This document shows, piece after piece, positions 39,787 to 51,704 of a DNA stretch of 64,000 nucleotides. A program made the position numbers and the translations under genes. The DNA is taken from NCBI RefSeq assembly GCF_006345805.1, contig NC_043011.1:21774464-21838463 (forward strand), read 5' to 3'. This DNA comes from Octopus sinensis (Eukaryota). Below the pieces are notes generated by a model. It had not been told where the DNA came from. It worked only from the letters and a program-made list of their open reading frames with translations, and ran no database searches. Position 1 is the stretch's first letter. Each line of letters begins with the position of its first letter.

Positions 39787-39896
39787 GTTGAATTTTCTGC
39801 TGCTTAAAATAAAGCATATTACTCTACCACTGGTATTTGAGTACTCTTTTTTTCCACCTTGTTTCACATTTTGTGTTTACTCCGGTATATATATAT

Positions 39897-39931
<35 letters not shown>

Positions 39932-42731
39932 GGACTAGGAGGACAACCAGAAGACGACAAATATGGAGAAGAAGGATCTGGAAGCTTAAAGATCCTGCAA
40001 ATGGACAGAGATTTAGGGACATATTACTTGAAGCCTCTGACGAAGTAGAAGGGGATAGAGCATCACAGGGGGTAGAAGACAGCTGGACGTTTCTAAGGGA
40101 CAACCTGCTGAGAGCCACTGACCAGATCTGTGGCTGGTGCAAAGTCTCCTCTCGACCTAGAATAACGGTGGTGGTGGAACAATATTGTAGACAGGGCTAT
40201 TAGAGAAAAGAGACAGGCTTGGAAGGTCTGGAAAAATGGGGGTAGCAGGGGATTGTATCAGACTGCCAAAAGAGAAGCTAGGAGACAGGTTTATTTAGCC
40301 AGAGGGGAAGCAGATAAGAAAAAATTTGCCAATGTTCTGCGCCGTGAGGACCAAAGACTGGAGGTGTTTCGTGTTGCAAGACAGTGTGTGAGAGAGAATC
40401 GTGATGTGGTAGGAGAGAAGTGTGTTCGCATGGAAGATGGTTCACTTGCGCTAAATGAGGATGCAAAGAGAGAGGTTTGGAGATGCCACTATGAAAGGTT
40501 GCTGAATGAAGAAAATGAATGGGATAAAGAGAGTCTGCCGAATGTTGACCCAACAGAGGGACCAGCTATCCGAGTTGATAGTTCCGTGGTAGCTAAGGCA
40601 ATTAGAAGCATGAAGACAGGGAAAGCCCCAGGCCCATCAGGAATCACTGCAGAGATGCTCAAAATGTCTGGTAGTGTCGGCTATAGCCTAGTCACCCGTA
40701 TAGTTAATCAGGTGATACACAAAGGGGTCATACCCAATGACGGTGTGTAGCAGTATAATAGTCAACTGCTACAAAGGTAAAGGTGTTGCCCTAGATACAA
40801 ATAACTACAGAGGTATCAAGCTGTTGGACCAGGTGTGATGAAGGTTACGGAGAGGGTCATAGCCCAACTATTAGAGAGAGAGTTAGTTTAGATGAGATGC
40901 AGTTTGGGTTTGTGCCAGGGAAAAGTACTACTGATGCTATATTCCTGGTAAGGCAGCTGCAGGAGAAATACCTAGCCAAAGATAAGCCCCTGTACCTGGC
41001 TTTTGTTGACATGGAGAAAGCCTTCGACAGGGTCCCCCGATCCCTTATCTGGTGGGCAATGAGGAAACTAGGGATAGATGAATGGTTAGTGAGAGCTGTG
41101 CGGGCCATGTACAGGGACGCCGCTAGTAGGGTGAGGGTTGGAAATGTGTACAGTGAAGAATTCCGGGTAGAGGTAGGAGTCCACCAAGGCTCAGTACTCT
41201 GCCCCCTCCTATTTATCATAGTCCTCCAGGCAATAACGGAGGAATTCAAGACAGGATGCCCTTGGGAGCTCCTCTATGCTGATGACCTTGCTCTAATTGC
41301 TGAGTCGCTATCAGAACTGGAGGAGAAGTTTCAGGTGTGGAAACAAGGATTAGAATCGAAGGGCCTCAGAGTCAATCTAGCTAAAACCAAAGTCGTAATC
41401 AGTAGGAAGGTAGACAAATCACAAACACCTTCAGGTAGATGGCCCTGCTCGATCTGTAGAAAAGGTGTAGGTAGAAACTCTATAAGATGCACCAAGTGTA
41501 AGCTATGGACACATAAGAGATGCAGCAATGTCAAAGGAAGGCTAACTAGGAAGATGGTTTTTGTATGTGGCAGATGCTCAGGAACAATAAACACTGAAAA
41601 TGCTCTGAGACCAACTTCCGTCACTTTCCAGGGAGAAAAACTAGAAATAGTTGATAGTTTCCGTTACCTAGGTGACCAAGTCAGCAGCGGGGGGGCGGGT
41701 GTGCTGAAAGTGTAACTGCTAGAGTAAGAATAGCTTGGGCAAAGTTCAGAGAGCTCTTACCTCTGCTGGTGACAAAAGGCCTCTCGCACAGAGTGAAAGG
41801 CAGACTGTATGATGCGTGTGTACGAACAGCCATGCTACATGGCAGTGTGAAACATGGGCCGTGACTGCTGAGGATATGCGTAAGCTCGCTAGAAATGAAG
41901 CCAGTATGCTCCGATGGATGTGTAATGCCGGTACTCACACTCGGCAGAGTGTAAGTACCTTGAGAGAAAAGCTGGACCTAAGAAGCATCAGTTGTGGTGT
42001 GCAAGAGAGACGTTTGCGCTGGTATGGTCATGTGGCGAGAATGGATGAAGATAGTTGTGTGAAAAAGTGCCACACCCTAGTGGTTGAGGGAACCTGTGGA
42101 AGAGGCAGACCCAGGAAAACCTGGGACGAGGTGGTGAAGCACGACCTTTGAACTTTAGGTCTCACTGAGGAAATGACTAGAGACCGAGACCTCTGGAAGT
42201 GTGCTGTGCGCGAGAAGACCCGGCAGGACAAGTAAGTCCATAACCCGTGGCCTTCTACATGGGATGGAGCCAGCCTACGTATGCATACCTTCCCTTCTTG
42301 GGACACAAAACTCTACTTGTGAAGACGTGATGAGGCAAGTGAGGATCAGAATCGAAATCGATCAATGGAAATTGCGGATGTGCTACCAGTGCCGGTGGCA
42401 TGTAAGAGAACTTTCCGTTTCGCGACCGTTGCCAGCACCGCCCCGTTTCGTGTCCATTGCCAGCCTCGCCTGGCCCTCGTGCCGGTGGCACAAGCACCAT
42501 CCGTTCGTGGCCGTTTGCCAGCTCTGTCTGGCACCAGTGCGGGTGGCACGTAAAAAGCACCCACTACACTCACGGAGTGGTTGGCGTTAGGAAGGGCATC
42601 CAGCCGTAGAAACACTGCCAGATTTGACTGGGCCTGATGAAGCCTTCTGGCTTCACAGACCCCAGTAGAACCGTCCAACCCATGCTAGCATGGAAAACGG
42701 ACGCTAAACGATGATGATGATGATGATGATG
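39932..42731 (+). mobile_element. RTE-clade LINE, 5'-truncated, RT with embedded PHD finger, several frameshifts
   Basis: Motifs KAPGPSGIT, QFGFVPGKSTTDAIF, AFVDMEKAFDRV, GVHQGSVL, YADD, FRYLG and RLRWYGHVARM..GRGRPRKTW. The 3' UTR has repeats and a (GAT)n tail. Confidence 0.95.
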
Positions 42732-43789
42732 ATATAGGCACAGGCATGGCTGTGTGGTAAGAAGCTTGCTTCCCAACCACATGGTTCTGTGTTCAATCCC
42801 ACTGCATGGCACCTTGGGCAAGTGTCTTCTACTATAGCTCCGGGCTAACCAAAGCCTTGTGAGTGGATTTGGTAGATGGAAACTGAAAGAAGCCTGTTGT
42901 ATATATATGTGTGTATATATTTATGTGTGTGTGTCTGTTTGTTTGTTTCCCCCCTCCCTGCCATCGCTTAACAACAGTCTGGAAACTTATTGATCAGGCC
43001 TCATATATATATATATATAGATATAGGGAGAGAGAGAGAGTGAGAGATACATAGACACATGCATAGAGAGACAAGCATGGTTGTATGCTTTAATACTATC
43101 ATGCCCATGTGATTTCAGGTTCAATCCCATTGCATGGTATGGTACCTTGAGCAAGTGTCTTCCATTATAGCCTCACATCAACCAGTGCCTTGCAAGTGAA
43201 GTATAACAGATGGAAATTCTCCAGAAGTTCCTTGTATGTGTATATGTTTGTTTCCACATGTCTTTATATGACATAGACTACCAGTGAGGTTTGTTTCATC
43301 TTGCAAAAAAGACTTGTTTTAGCACCTTATCATAGCTTCTTCATAGCTTCTTCATCATCCTTAAATGTCTGCTTCTGTGCTTGCACGGGTCAGATTAAAT
43401 TTTCCTGTTTCCAAGGAAGGTAGGATTTCCCCACAACCAGACATGTTTTTATATGGAAGCCTGGAAATGAACAACCCTGCTTTTAAAACAGTGATGCTCA
43501 TTTACAGTCATCACATGATGTCAAGACAAGGTTAAACACATACATGTATACATGCAAATGTACACACATGCGCACATATACACAATGGGCTTCATTTACC
43601 AAGTCCACTCAAAAGGCTTTGGTCAGTCAAGGCTATAATAGAAGACACTTGTACAAGTGACCATGCAGTGAGTCTGAATCCAAGACCACATGGTTATGAA
43701 GCAAGCTTCTCAACTACACAGCCACACCTGTGCATTGTATAATATGATAATATATATTTCATTTGTTTGTTTAAGTTACTACAGTAGTA

Positions 43790-44053
43790 AAATAAATAAA
43801 TAAATGCACCCTTTTAAAGCCTAGCCAGGCTCATGGCCCTGGTTTCCCGGTTTCAATGGCATATGTGATCCCCAGCTGGATAGGATGCCAGTCCATTGCA
43901 GCGTTACTCATTTTTGCCAGCTGAGTGGACTGGAGCAATGTGAAAGGAAGTGTTTTGCTCAAGAACACAACACGTTGCCCGATCCAGGAATCGAAACCAC
44001 AATCTTACGATCATGATGCTGACATCCTAACCGTTAAGTCATGCGCCTCCACC
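43790..44053 (-). mobile_element. tRNA-derived SINE family 4
   Basis: tRNA-like head (ggtttcgattcctgg), (TTTA)n tail and an imperfect TSD (actac.agtagta). Confidence 0.7.
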
Positions 44054-44424
44054 ACTACAGTAGTAGTGAAGCTCAGTGGAAAACTCAGCAAATGCTTCAT
44101 CAACACCACTAGATGTTGTATTCATATTGGTTTCAAATCTTAACACAAGGCCCACAAGTTTGGAGGATGAGGTAAGTCAATTAGATCAACTGCAGTGCTC
44201 AACTGGTACTTATTTTATTGAGCCTGAAAGGATGAAAGGCAAAGTTGGTCTCGGTGGAATTTGAACTCAGAACATAAGGACAAACAAAATGCCACTAAGC
44301 ATTTTGCCCAGCATGCTAACAATTCTGCCAGCTCACTGCCTTAGATGTATTCATATTAATATCTGACTCAACTGCAAGTTTATGAAGCACTTTTCAGTTA
44401 CACATCATTCCTATTGATTACATT

Positions 44425-44631
44425 CATCATCATCATTGTTCAACCGTGGTCGAGATAATGGAATTTACCATGCTACGCCAGACTTCACGGTCCATCATAG
44501 CATTACGGAGGTCCTGTTGCTGGATGCCTGTATCCCTGGAGATTACATCGGGGTAGGAGAGTGTGTGCCCTCTGGTATTGCGAGTAGATGGCTTCCAGAG
44601 GAGAAGAGTAGAAATTGCCTCGTTTTCAGCT
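44425..44631 (-). mobile_element. 3' fragment of a second RTE-group LINE with an 11-bp TSD
   Basis: The minus frame reads AENEAISTLLLWKPSTRNTRGHTLSYPDVISRDTGIQQQDLRNAMMDREVWRSMV followed by (TGA)n. The TSD ttgattacatt lies at 44414-44424 and 44632-44642. Confidence 0.8.
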
Positions 44632-45384
44632 TTGATTACATTACTGAACTGAAAATAATAACTGAAAGTGAAGTGACAAATTGCATAGTATCTGTTGGTT
44701 ATTTTATATATGTAGTGAAAATGTAGTAGTTAGGGTATTCAGCTCACAATCCTAAGGTCTTGAGTTCAATTCTCAGCAATGTGTTGTGTCCTTGAGCAAG
44801 ACACTTTACTTCACATTTCCCCATTCCACTGAGCTGGTAAAAATAACTTATACATGTAATTCAAAGGGCCAACCTTGTTACATTCAGGGTTATACTGAAT
44901 CTCCCTGAGAACTACATTAAGGGTACAAGTCTGTGGCATGTTAATTTCATGGGCAGGCTGTTTGGTTGATCAATTCAACTGGATCACTTATCATAACTGA
45001 CAGAGAGCCAGGCCATATATATATGTGTGTGTAGATGTATGTATATATATACATATATGTGTATGTATGTATATATACATATATTTGTGTAAAGAATAAA
45101 AATTTTTGAATGGTACAACAATGCACTATAATACAGACAATGGGCTATATACTTGTAATTTAGTCATCAATAGTCTGATATGTTATTTCGGAATGATATT
45201 CCTTCAGATATTCTTAGATGGAGTCGCTGCTATATCATTGTCTATATTATAGTGCATTGCTGTACCATTCAGAACTTTTTATTCTTTACAAACAATGCTT
45301 CAAGCAAACTACAATACTCTCATATACATGTGTATATATATATATGTGCGTATATATGTATATATATTTGTGTGTTTATATGTA

Positions 45385-45427
<43 letters not shown>

Positions 45428-46994
45428 GTGTGTGTATTTGTATGTATATATGTTGTACATATATATGTGTTTATTTGTCTCTGCATGTGTTTATATGATT
45501 TAGAGCACCAGTGAGGTTTGTTTAAGCCTGCAGTTCAGCAGTTTTAACATAAAGGCCCATAGACTAAAGTACCTCATCTGAAAACTAGTAATGGTTGACA
45601 TAGGAGGCATTAGTCATAGAACATTATCTAAAGAAGTCTCAGACAAACTAAGCAGCTTGGATAAAAGAAAAAAGTGGTCATTAAAATGAAGATATATTTG
45701 ATTACTGGTAAATTTTCCATGGGGAAAGTTTGCTGCTATCAATTCACTGTGAGGAAAGTTTACCAAGGAAATATATCCATAGTATCTCACCATTAATAGT
45801 TAAAAACTATCTTATTGACAAAAAATGGTAAATAGAGGATGATGAATTTTCCTGCAGTGAATTGATGATGGTGAACTTACTGGACATGAATAGTCAATGA
45901 CTGGCATCCGTGCTAGTGGAGCGCTAAGAGCACCATCCAAGCATGATTGTTGCCAGAGCAGCTAACTGGCTTCCACGACGGTGGCACGTTTAAAAGCACC
46001 ATTCGATCATGATTGTTACCAGCGTCACTTTACTGGCACTTGAAAAAAACATTCAAGCTAGGTCGTTACCAGTGCCGCTGGACTGGCACCAGTGCAGGTG
46101 GCACATAAAAAACACCATTTGAGCGTAGCCGTTGCCAGTCAGGTGGTACTGGCAACAGCCATGCTCAGATGGTGCTTTTTATGTGCCACCTGCACAGGAG
46201 CCAGTCCAGCAGCACTGGCAACGACCTCGCTCGAATGTTTTTTCACATGCCACCAGCACAAGTGCCAGTAAGGTGACGCAGGTAATGATCACACTCAAAG
46301 TGGTCTGCTAAATGACTTCTGACCTAAGAAATGAGAATATAATGATTTACCACCTCTGAAAGGATTTACAATATAAGTATGATGAAAAGCAGTCAAATAA
46401 TGGTCGTCTTGTTTTTGGAAGGATGTCTAAGACTAATAATCAACTGTCTCTGTTTCTCTTTAAGACTGTGAGACGAGATGAGAGTAGCTTTGGTTGCTGT
46501 TTGTAGCAAATTGAATGATCACATAGATGATTCCTTGTTGGTGCATTTTTTCGAATGCTGCTGTTATTGTTAGTTAACTCTAGATCAGTTCTGACTGAGT
46601 AGTTCTATAATCAAAAAGCTTTCTAGCTGTGTTCGTCCTGTCATCATTATCATCGTCATTTAAACGCCTGCTTTTCCATGCTGGTATGGATCAAGAAGAA
46701 TTTGTTGAAGCAGATGTTCTACTGTCAGATGCTCTTCCTGTTACTAACCCTCATATCGACATCACATGAGCATTAGTGACACTTGTCTTTGTCACGCATG
46801 TGCAGTATGACTCATACTCAAGTGGTTTGACATGTAAAGACTACTTAAGAATAAAAGGCGTGATTTTGAAGAGTAAACAAGTATTGACACCAAGAAGTGT
46901 TTTTGGCTATATGATACTGCCTGAAGAAATTTCATCCAAGTCATGCCAGCATAGAAGGAGCAGACATAATGATGATGATGAAGAAGAGAAAGAA

Positions 46995-47410
46995 GGCACA
47001 GGAGTGGCTGTGTGGTAAGTAGCTTGCTTACCAACCACATGGTTCCGGGTTCAGTCCCACTGCGTGGCATCTTGGGCAAGTGTCTTCTACTATAGCCTTG
47101 GGCCAACCAAAGCCTTGTGAGTGGATTTGGTAGACGGAAACTGAAAGAAGCCAGTCGTATATATGTATGTATATATATATATATGTGTGTGTGTATGTTT
47201 GTGTGTCTGTGTTTGTCCCCCTAGGATTGCTTGACAACCGATGCTGGTGTGTTTACGTCCCCATCACTTAGTGGTTCGGCAAAAGGGACCGATAGAATAA
47301 GTACTGGGCTTACAAAGAATAAGTCCTGGGGTCGATTTGCTCGACTAAATGCGGTGCTCCAGCATGGCCGCAGTCAAATGACTGAAACAAGTAAAAGAGT
47401 AAAAAGAGAG
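46995..47410 (+). mobile_element. SINE family 1 copy
   Basis: Near-identical to the other copies. Confidence 0.9.
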
Positions 47411-47644
47411 AAGGTGATTTTGATGACAATAATAATGAGGATAGATTATTGACAATAAGAAAGTTGTGAGTTAAGTTGCTTTGATTAAATAATGACCAGA
47501 TAATGTGATGAGAGGAAGACAGTGTTTGTTAGCTAAAAGCATTAATTCTTGTTTAGCCCTTGGTCATGCAGACCTTTGATGGTATTCTAGGAAAGGCCAT
47601 CCTATCTTTATAGTGACTGTCTATTTCAGAATTCAGTATGTGTT

Positions 47645-48171
47645 ATTTGATTAGAGATTTGGTTGCTATTTCTAGCAGTTCAAGCAACCATATGGAGTCT
47701 ACCACATTGGCTTGTGTGAGTGACAAGAATGTGTGATTTGATAAAGATTTGGTTGCTATTTTTAGCAGTTCAAGCAACCATATGGAGTCTGCCACATTGG
47801 CTTGTGTGAGTGACAAAAATTTGGGATTTCATAGAGATTTGGTTGCTATTTCTAGCAGTTCAAGCAACCATATAGAGTCTGCCACATTGGCTTGTGTGAG
47901 TGACAAGAAAGTGAGATTTGATAGAAATTTGGTTGCTATTTCTAGCAGTTCAAGCAACCATATGGAGTCTGCCACATTGGCTTGTGTAAGTGACAAAAAT
48001 GTGTGATTTCATCAAGATTTGGTCGCTATTTCTAGCAGTTCAAGCAACCATATAGAGTCTTCCACAATGGCTTGTGTGAGTGACAAGAATGTGTGATTTG
48101 ATAAAGAGTTGGTTGCTATTTCTAGCAGTTCAAGCAACCATGTGAAGTCTGCCACATTGGCTTGTGTGAGT
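47645..48171. repeat. 90-bp minisatellite, about 6 copies
   Basis: ttggttgctatttctagcagttcaagcaacca recurs at 47659, 47749, 47839, 47929, 48019 and 48109. Confidence 0.95.
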
Positions 48172-49277
48172 AAATGTATTTGGAGGTGAAAGAAACCATG
48201 AGTGGGGAATCACTGTATTGGTATCCAGCTAATAATTAACCGTTTAGCTTCTCTACTAAGAATGTTGATGTGAATCTTGTTAAATTTCTTCTCACTGCTT
48301 GAAGTTTTTCAAATTTTCACTAGATTACTTTCAAAAAAATGTAGTTCTAATATAGTTTTGCTTTTAATGATTAAAATTGCATTCATTTTTTTTTTTCGAG
48401 AAATTAATAATGGTTTCAAATTTCGGCACAAAGCCAGCAATTTTGGGGGAGGGTATAAGTCAACTGCTTAACTGGTACTTATTTTATCAACCCTGGAAAG
48501 ATGAACAGTAAAGTCACCTTTGGAAGATTTTGTACTCAGAACATAAGGATGGACGAAATGTCGCTAAGCATTTTGCCTGGCATGCTAACGATTCTAGCAG
48601 CTCACTGCCTTTTTCTAGAAATTGATAATAATGAAGTTACAAGCATGTAATTTTAGCCAATAGAAATCCTTCATTGGTTGAAAATTGTCTGTGTTAAGCT
48701 CTATTGCCATGGAGCACGCACAGATCTTTATGTGTTTTCTCAACCTGCTAGAAATAACTGCCAAATATTCCTCAAACTGCCTTCCACAATGTTAAAAAAA
48801 CAAAAAGGAAGAAACATTGTGCCATAGCATTGTTTATTTTCTTGCTTGAGACAGGTCCAAGTGCTTTCTACTTATTGAGCATTGCTAATAACATTTAAAT
48901 TAAAGTCAATCTCCATAGATAAAAATAATGAACTTATTGTATGCAGTACCCAAGTGCACTACAGCTTATTAGAAAGAGTAACCAAGGCAGTGATATGGTA
49001 GAAATGTTAGCACGCCGGGCGAAATGCTTATCATTATTTTGTCTGCTGTTACGTTCTGAGTTCAAATTCTGCTGAAGTTGACTTTGCCTTTCATCCGTTT
49101 GGGGGTCAATAAATTAAGTACCAGTTATGCACTGGGGTCAATGTAATCGACTTAATCCCTTTGTCTCTCTTGTTTGTTCCCTCTATGTTTAGCCCCTTGT
49201 GGGCAATAAAGAAATAAGAAAGAGTAACCAAAACTGCATGAATAGTATATAAAATATGCACAGGAAGTAAACAGTTA

Positions 49278-49684
49278 GGCGTAGGAGTGGCTGTGTGGTA
49301 AGTAGCTTGCTTACGAACCACATGGTTCCGGGTTCAGTCCCACTGCATGGCGCCTTGGGTAAGTGTCTTCTACTATAGCCTCGGCCCAACCAAAGCCTTG
49401 TGAGTGGATTTGGTAGACGGAAACTGAAAGAAGCCCGTCGTATATATGTATATATATGTGTATGTGTGTGCATGTTTGTGTCTGTATTTGTCCCCCCAAC
49501 ATCGCCTGACAACCGATGCTGGTGTGTTTACATCCCCGTAACTTAGCGGTTCGGCAAAAAGGAGACCGATAAAATAGGTACTAGGCTTACAAAGAATAAG
49601 TCCTGGGGTCGATTTGATCAACTAAAGGCGGTGCCCCAGCATGGCCACAGTCACATGACTGAAACAAGTAAAAGAGTAAAGAGT
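49278..49684 (+). mobile_element. SINE family 1 copy
   Basis: Near-identical to the other copies. Confidence 0.9.
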
Positions 49685-50842
49685 TAATGAACTGTTTAAA
49701 TCAAAAAGAAAAAAGGAGGGGGGAATCAGGTGTACAGTTGGCAGCTTTCAGGAAGCATGGAAGTTTTGAAGGTTGTAGTGTCCTGATAGCTAACAACTGA
49801 TGCGGGTAGTTTATTCCATCCTTCAATTTTGCATGTGGTAATATGCTTCTGAAAGTCATGGGTACTGTGTTGTTTTTATATTTTGTAAACATGTCCATGA
49901 GTGATAGACATATAGAATTCCGAAAGGTATCCAAGGTTGCTGTTGGAAAGATGGTGGATAATCTTGTGTGTCTACCCAGTCAATTGCCAAACATCAGAGC
50001 TTTAATGTATCCATGCCTGGGAAAGCAAAACAATGTGATCCTTTATAAAACTCATGACCCTTGAAAATTGTAAATAAAATTTAAACACCAATCTGTTTAG
50101 AAATTTATTATAAGAAAAGAGAAAGTACATGTAATATCAATCTATGACGCTCAGTAAGAGTTTCAATGTTCATGAGTTTGATCAAAAATTACATTCAGTT
50201 GGTGAGACTAACTTTAATCTTAAAACGTTAACAGCTAAAAAACAAAATGAATAAAACTGTGTGCCTTGAAGTCACTAAGGATGACAATGACAGAGCCTCT
50301 ATTTGGTCACTCAATCTGTTAGAAACAGCAACTAAATTCCAGTTATCCCCTTAAATTTGAAGAATATAATGGATAATTATATACAAAAATATTGTTATAT
50401 TTTGGGATGGTCATTTTTTATTTTTTGCCAAATAAATGCATGCACAATATATTCATTCTTCACTTCACATTTATTTTTGTTCTTATTTTATGTCTTTTGT
50501 CTGAACATTTTTCAACACACATCCTGTGATCTCTTCAGTGACTCTCCATCCCATGTGTCTCCTCCTTGGCAAAAAAAAAAAATACCATCCTAAAATTTGA
50601 CAATATCTGTTTCAACACACAATTTCATATCAGGAATCTTGCAAAACAAATACATAAACATATATACAAAAATTATATACAAAAAAGACTGCATGTACAT
50701 AACTAGAATACTTTCTGATCAAAGGTCTGCTTGATCAGAGCTTTCTTAGAGCTAAATTACCAAGAGAGTAATTGAAAATCTTTATTGTTAAAATCACCTG
50801 CATAAATTACACAGGTGCGTAATTTACGTGGGTTTTTATGGT

Positions 50843-51704
50843 ATACAGGGCACAGGCAATATATTGTCTAAATTACGCAAAAATGAAAATAACACTGACA
50901 TATCATTTTAATAGATATAGTTACCAAAATTATATAAAAATATCTTGAAATACTAAAGAGTAAATTTATTCAATAAAATTGCCATTGACCACAGCTGCCA
51001 CATGACTTCAGAATCTCTCGCAACTCTTCTGGACAGTCTCCTTGTTTCAGTTGGTGAATGCTGCCATAATCCTTGCCTTCAGTTCATCTTTGGTGTTACA
51101 AGGTGTTTTGTTGGTCTCTCACTCAACTGCACCCCACACATAGTAATCAAGGGGATTGCAGTCTGGGAAGTTAGGTGGCCAAATGTTAGGTGTAATATGC
51201 TCGCAGAAATTGCCGGACAGCTATGACTGGGCTCTCCTGCTTGTATGGTATGGTGCAGAGTCCTGTTGCCAGACATAGGGTCTTCCAGTAGCAACCCTCT
51301 TCACCCAGGGCAGCACTACCTACTTTAGGCACTAGATGTCGGCCTCATGCTTAGTCTGAGGCCGTGTGGGAAAATGAATGGAGGCGTAACATCACCATCA
51401 CTAGTGATCACACCAAACCCCATGATGTTGACTGGATGTTTGGTTTTTATCACTCTTGGTATATGTTTTGGGGATTCGGCAAGCCAATGGTTCTGTGTGT
51501 TCACCATCTGTTTGTATTGGAGCTTCCAGCATGAATGCCAAACATTACAGCATGTCGTTTCCAAATTTCTGGCAGAGCGAATTGCATCATGGTGCTGTTT
51601 TTCTCACAGATGGTGCCCAACTATACTGTGTACTCAACAAAATCAAGATCAAACAATGCACATGTGCAAAATTAAAACTATAAAATGGCAACAATTTACC
51701 CATC
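50843..51704 (-). mobile_element. Mariner-like transposon remnant
   Basis: The minus strand carries KHPVNIMGFGVITSDGDVTPPFIFPHGLRL, RPYVWQQDSAP and WPPN.PDCNPLDYYVWG. Termini are tacagggc...ccttgta. Confidence 0.8.

Larger units (their letters stand above)
37021..39885 (-). mobile_element. Penelope-like retroelement (element B), 5'-truncated, with inverted pseudo-LTR
   Basis: Near-identical inverted arms at 37021-37890 and 38952-39821 flank a minus-strand RT-thumb/linker/GIY-YIG remnant. Both ends are bounded by (TA)n and each arm carries a hammerhead motif. Confidence 0.88.

Noticed and set aside
47749-48006. Repetitive 85-aa ORF
   Set aside because: It is a by-product of a 90-bp unit length, and neighbouring units contain stops.
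47645-48171. CRISPR-like array
   Set aside because: Units are full tandem copies without unique spacers, the context is eukaryotic and there are no cas genes. The same applies to the RTE 3' UTR repeats.
49701-50064. Short ORFs in non-repetitive-looking sequence
   Set aside because: There is no recognisable motif or convincing splice-site pair. I could not support any host exon between 36160 and 64000, although small exons may have been missed.
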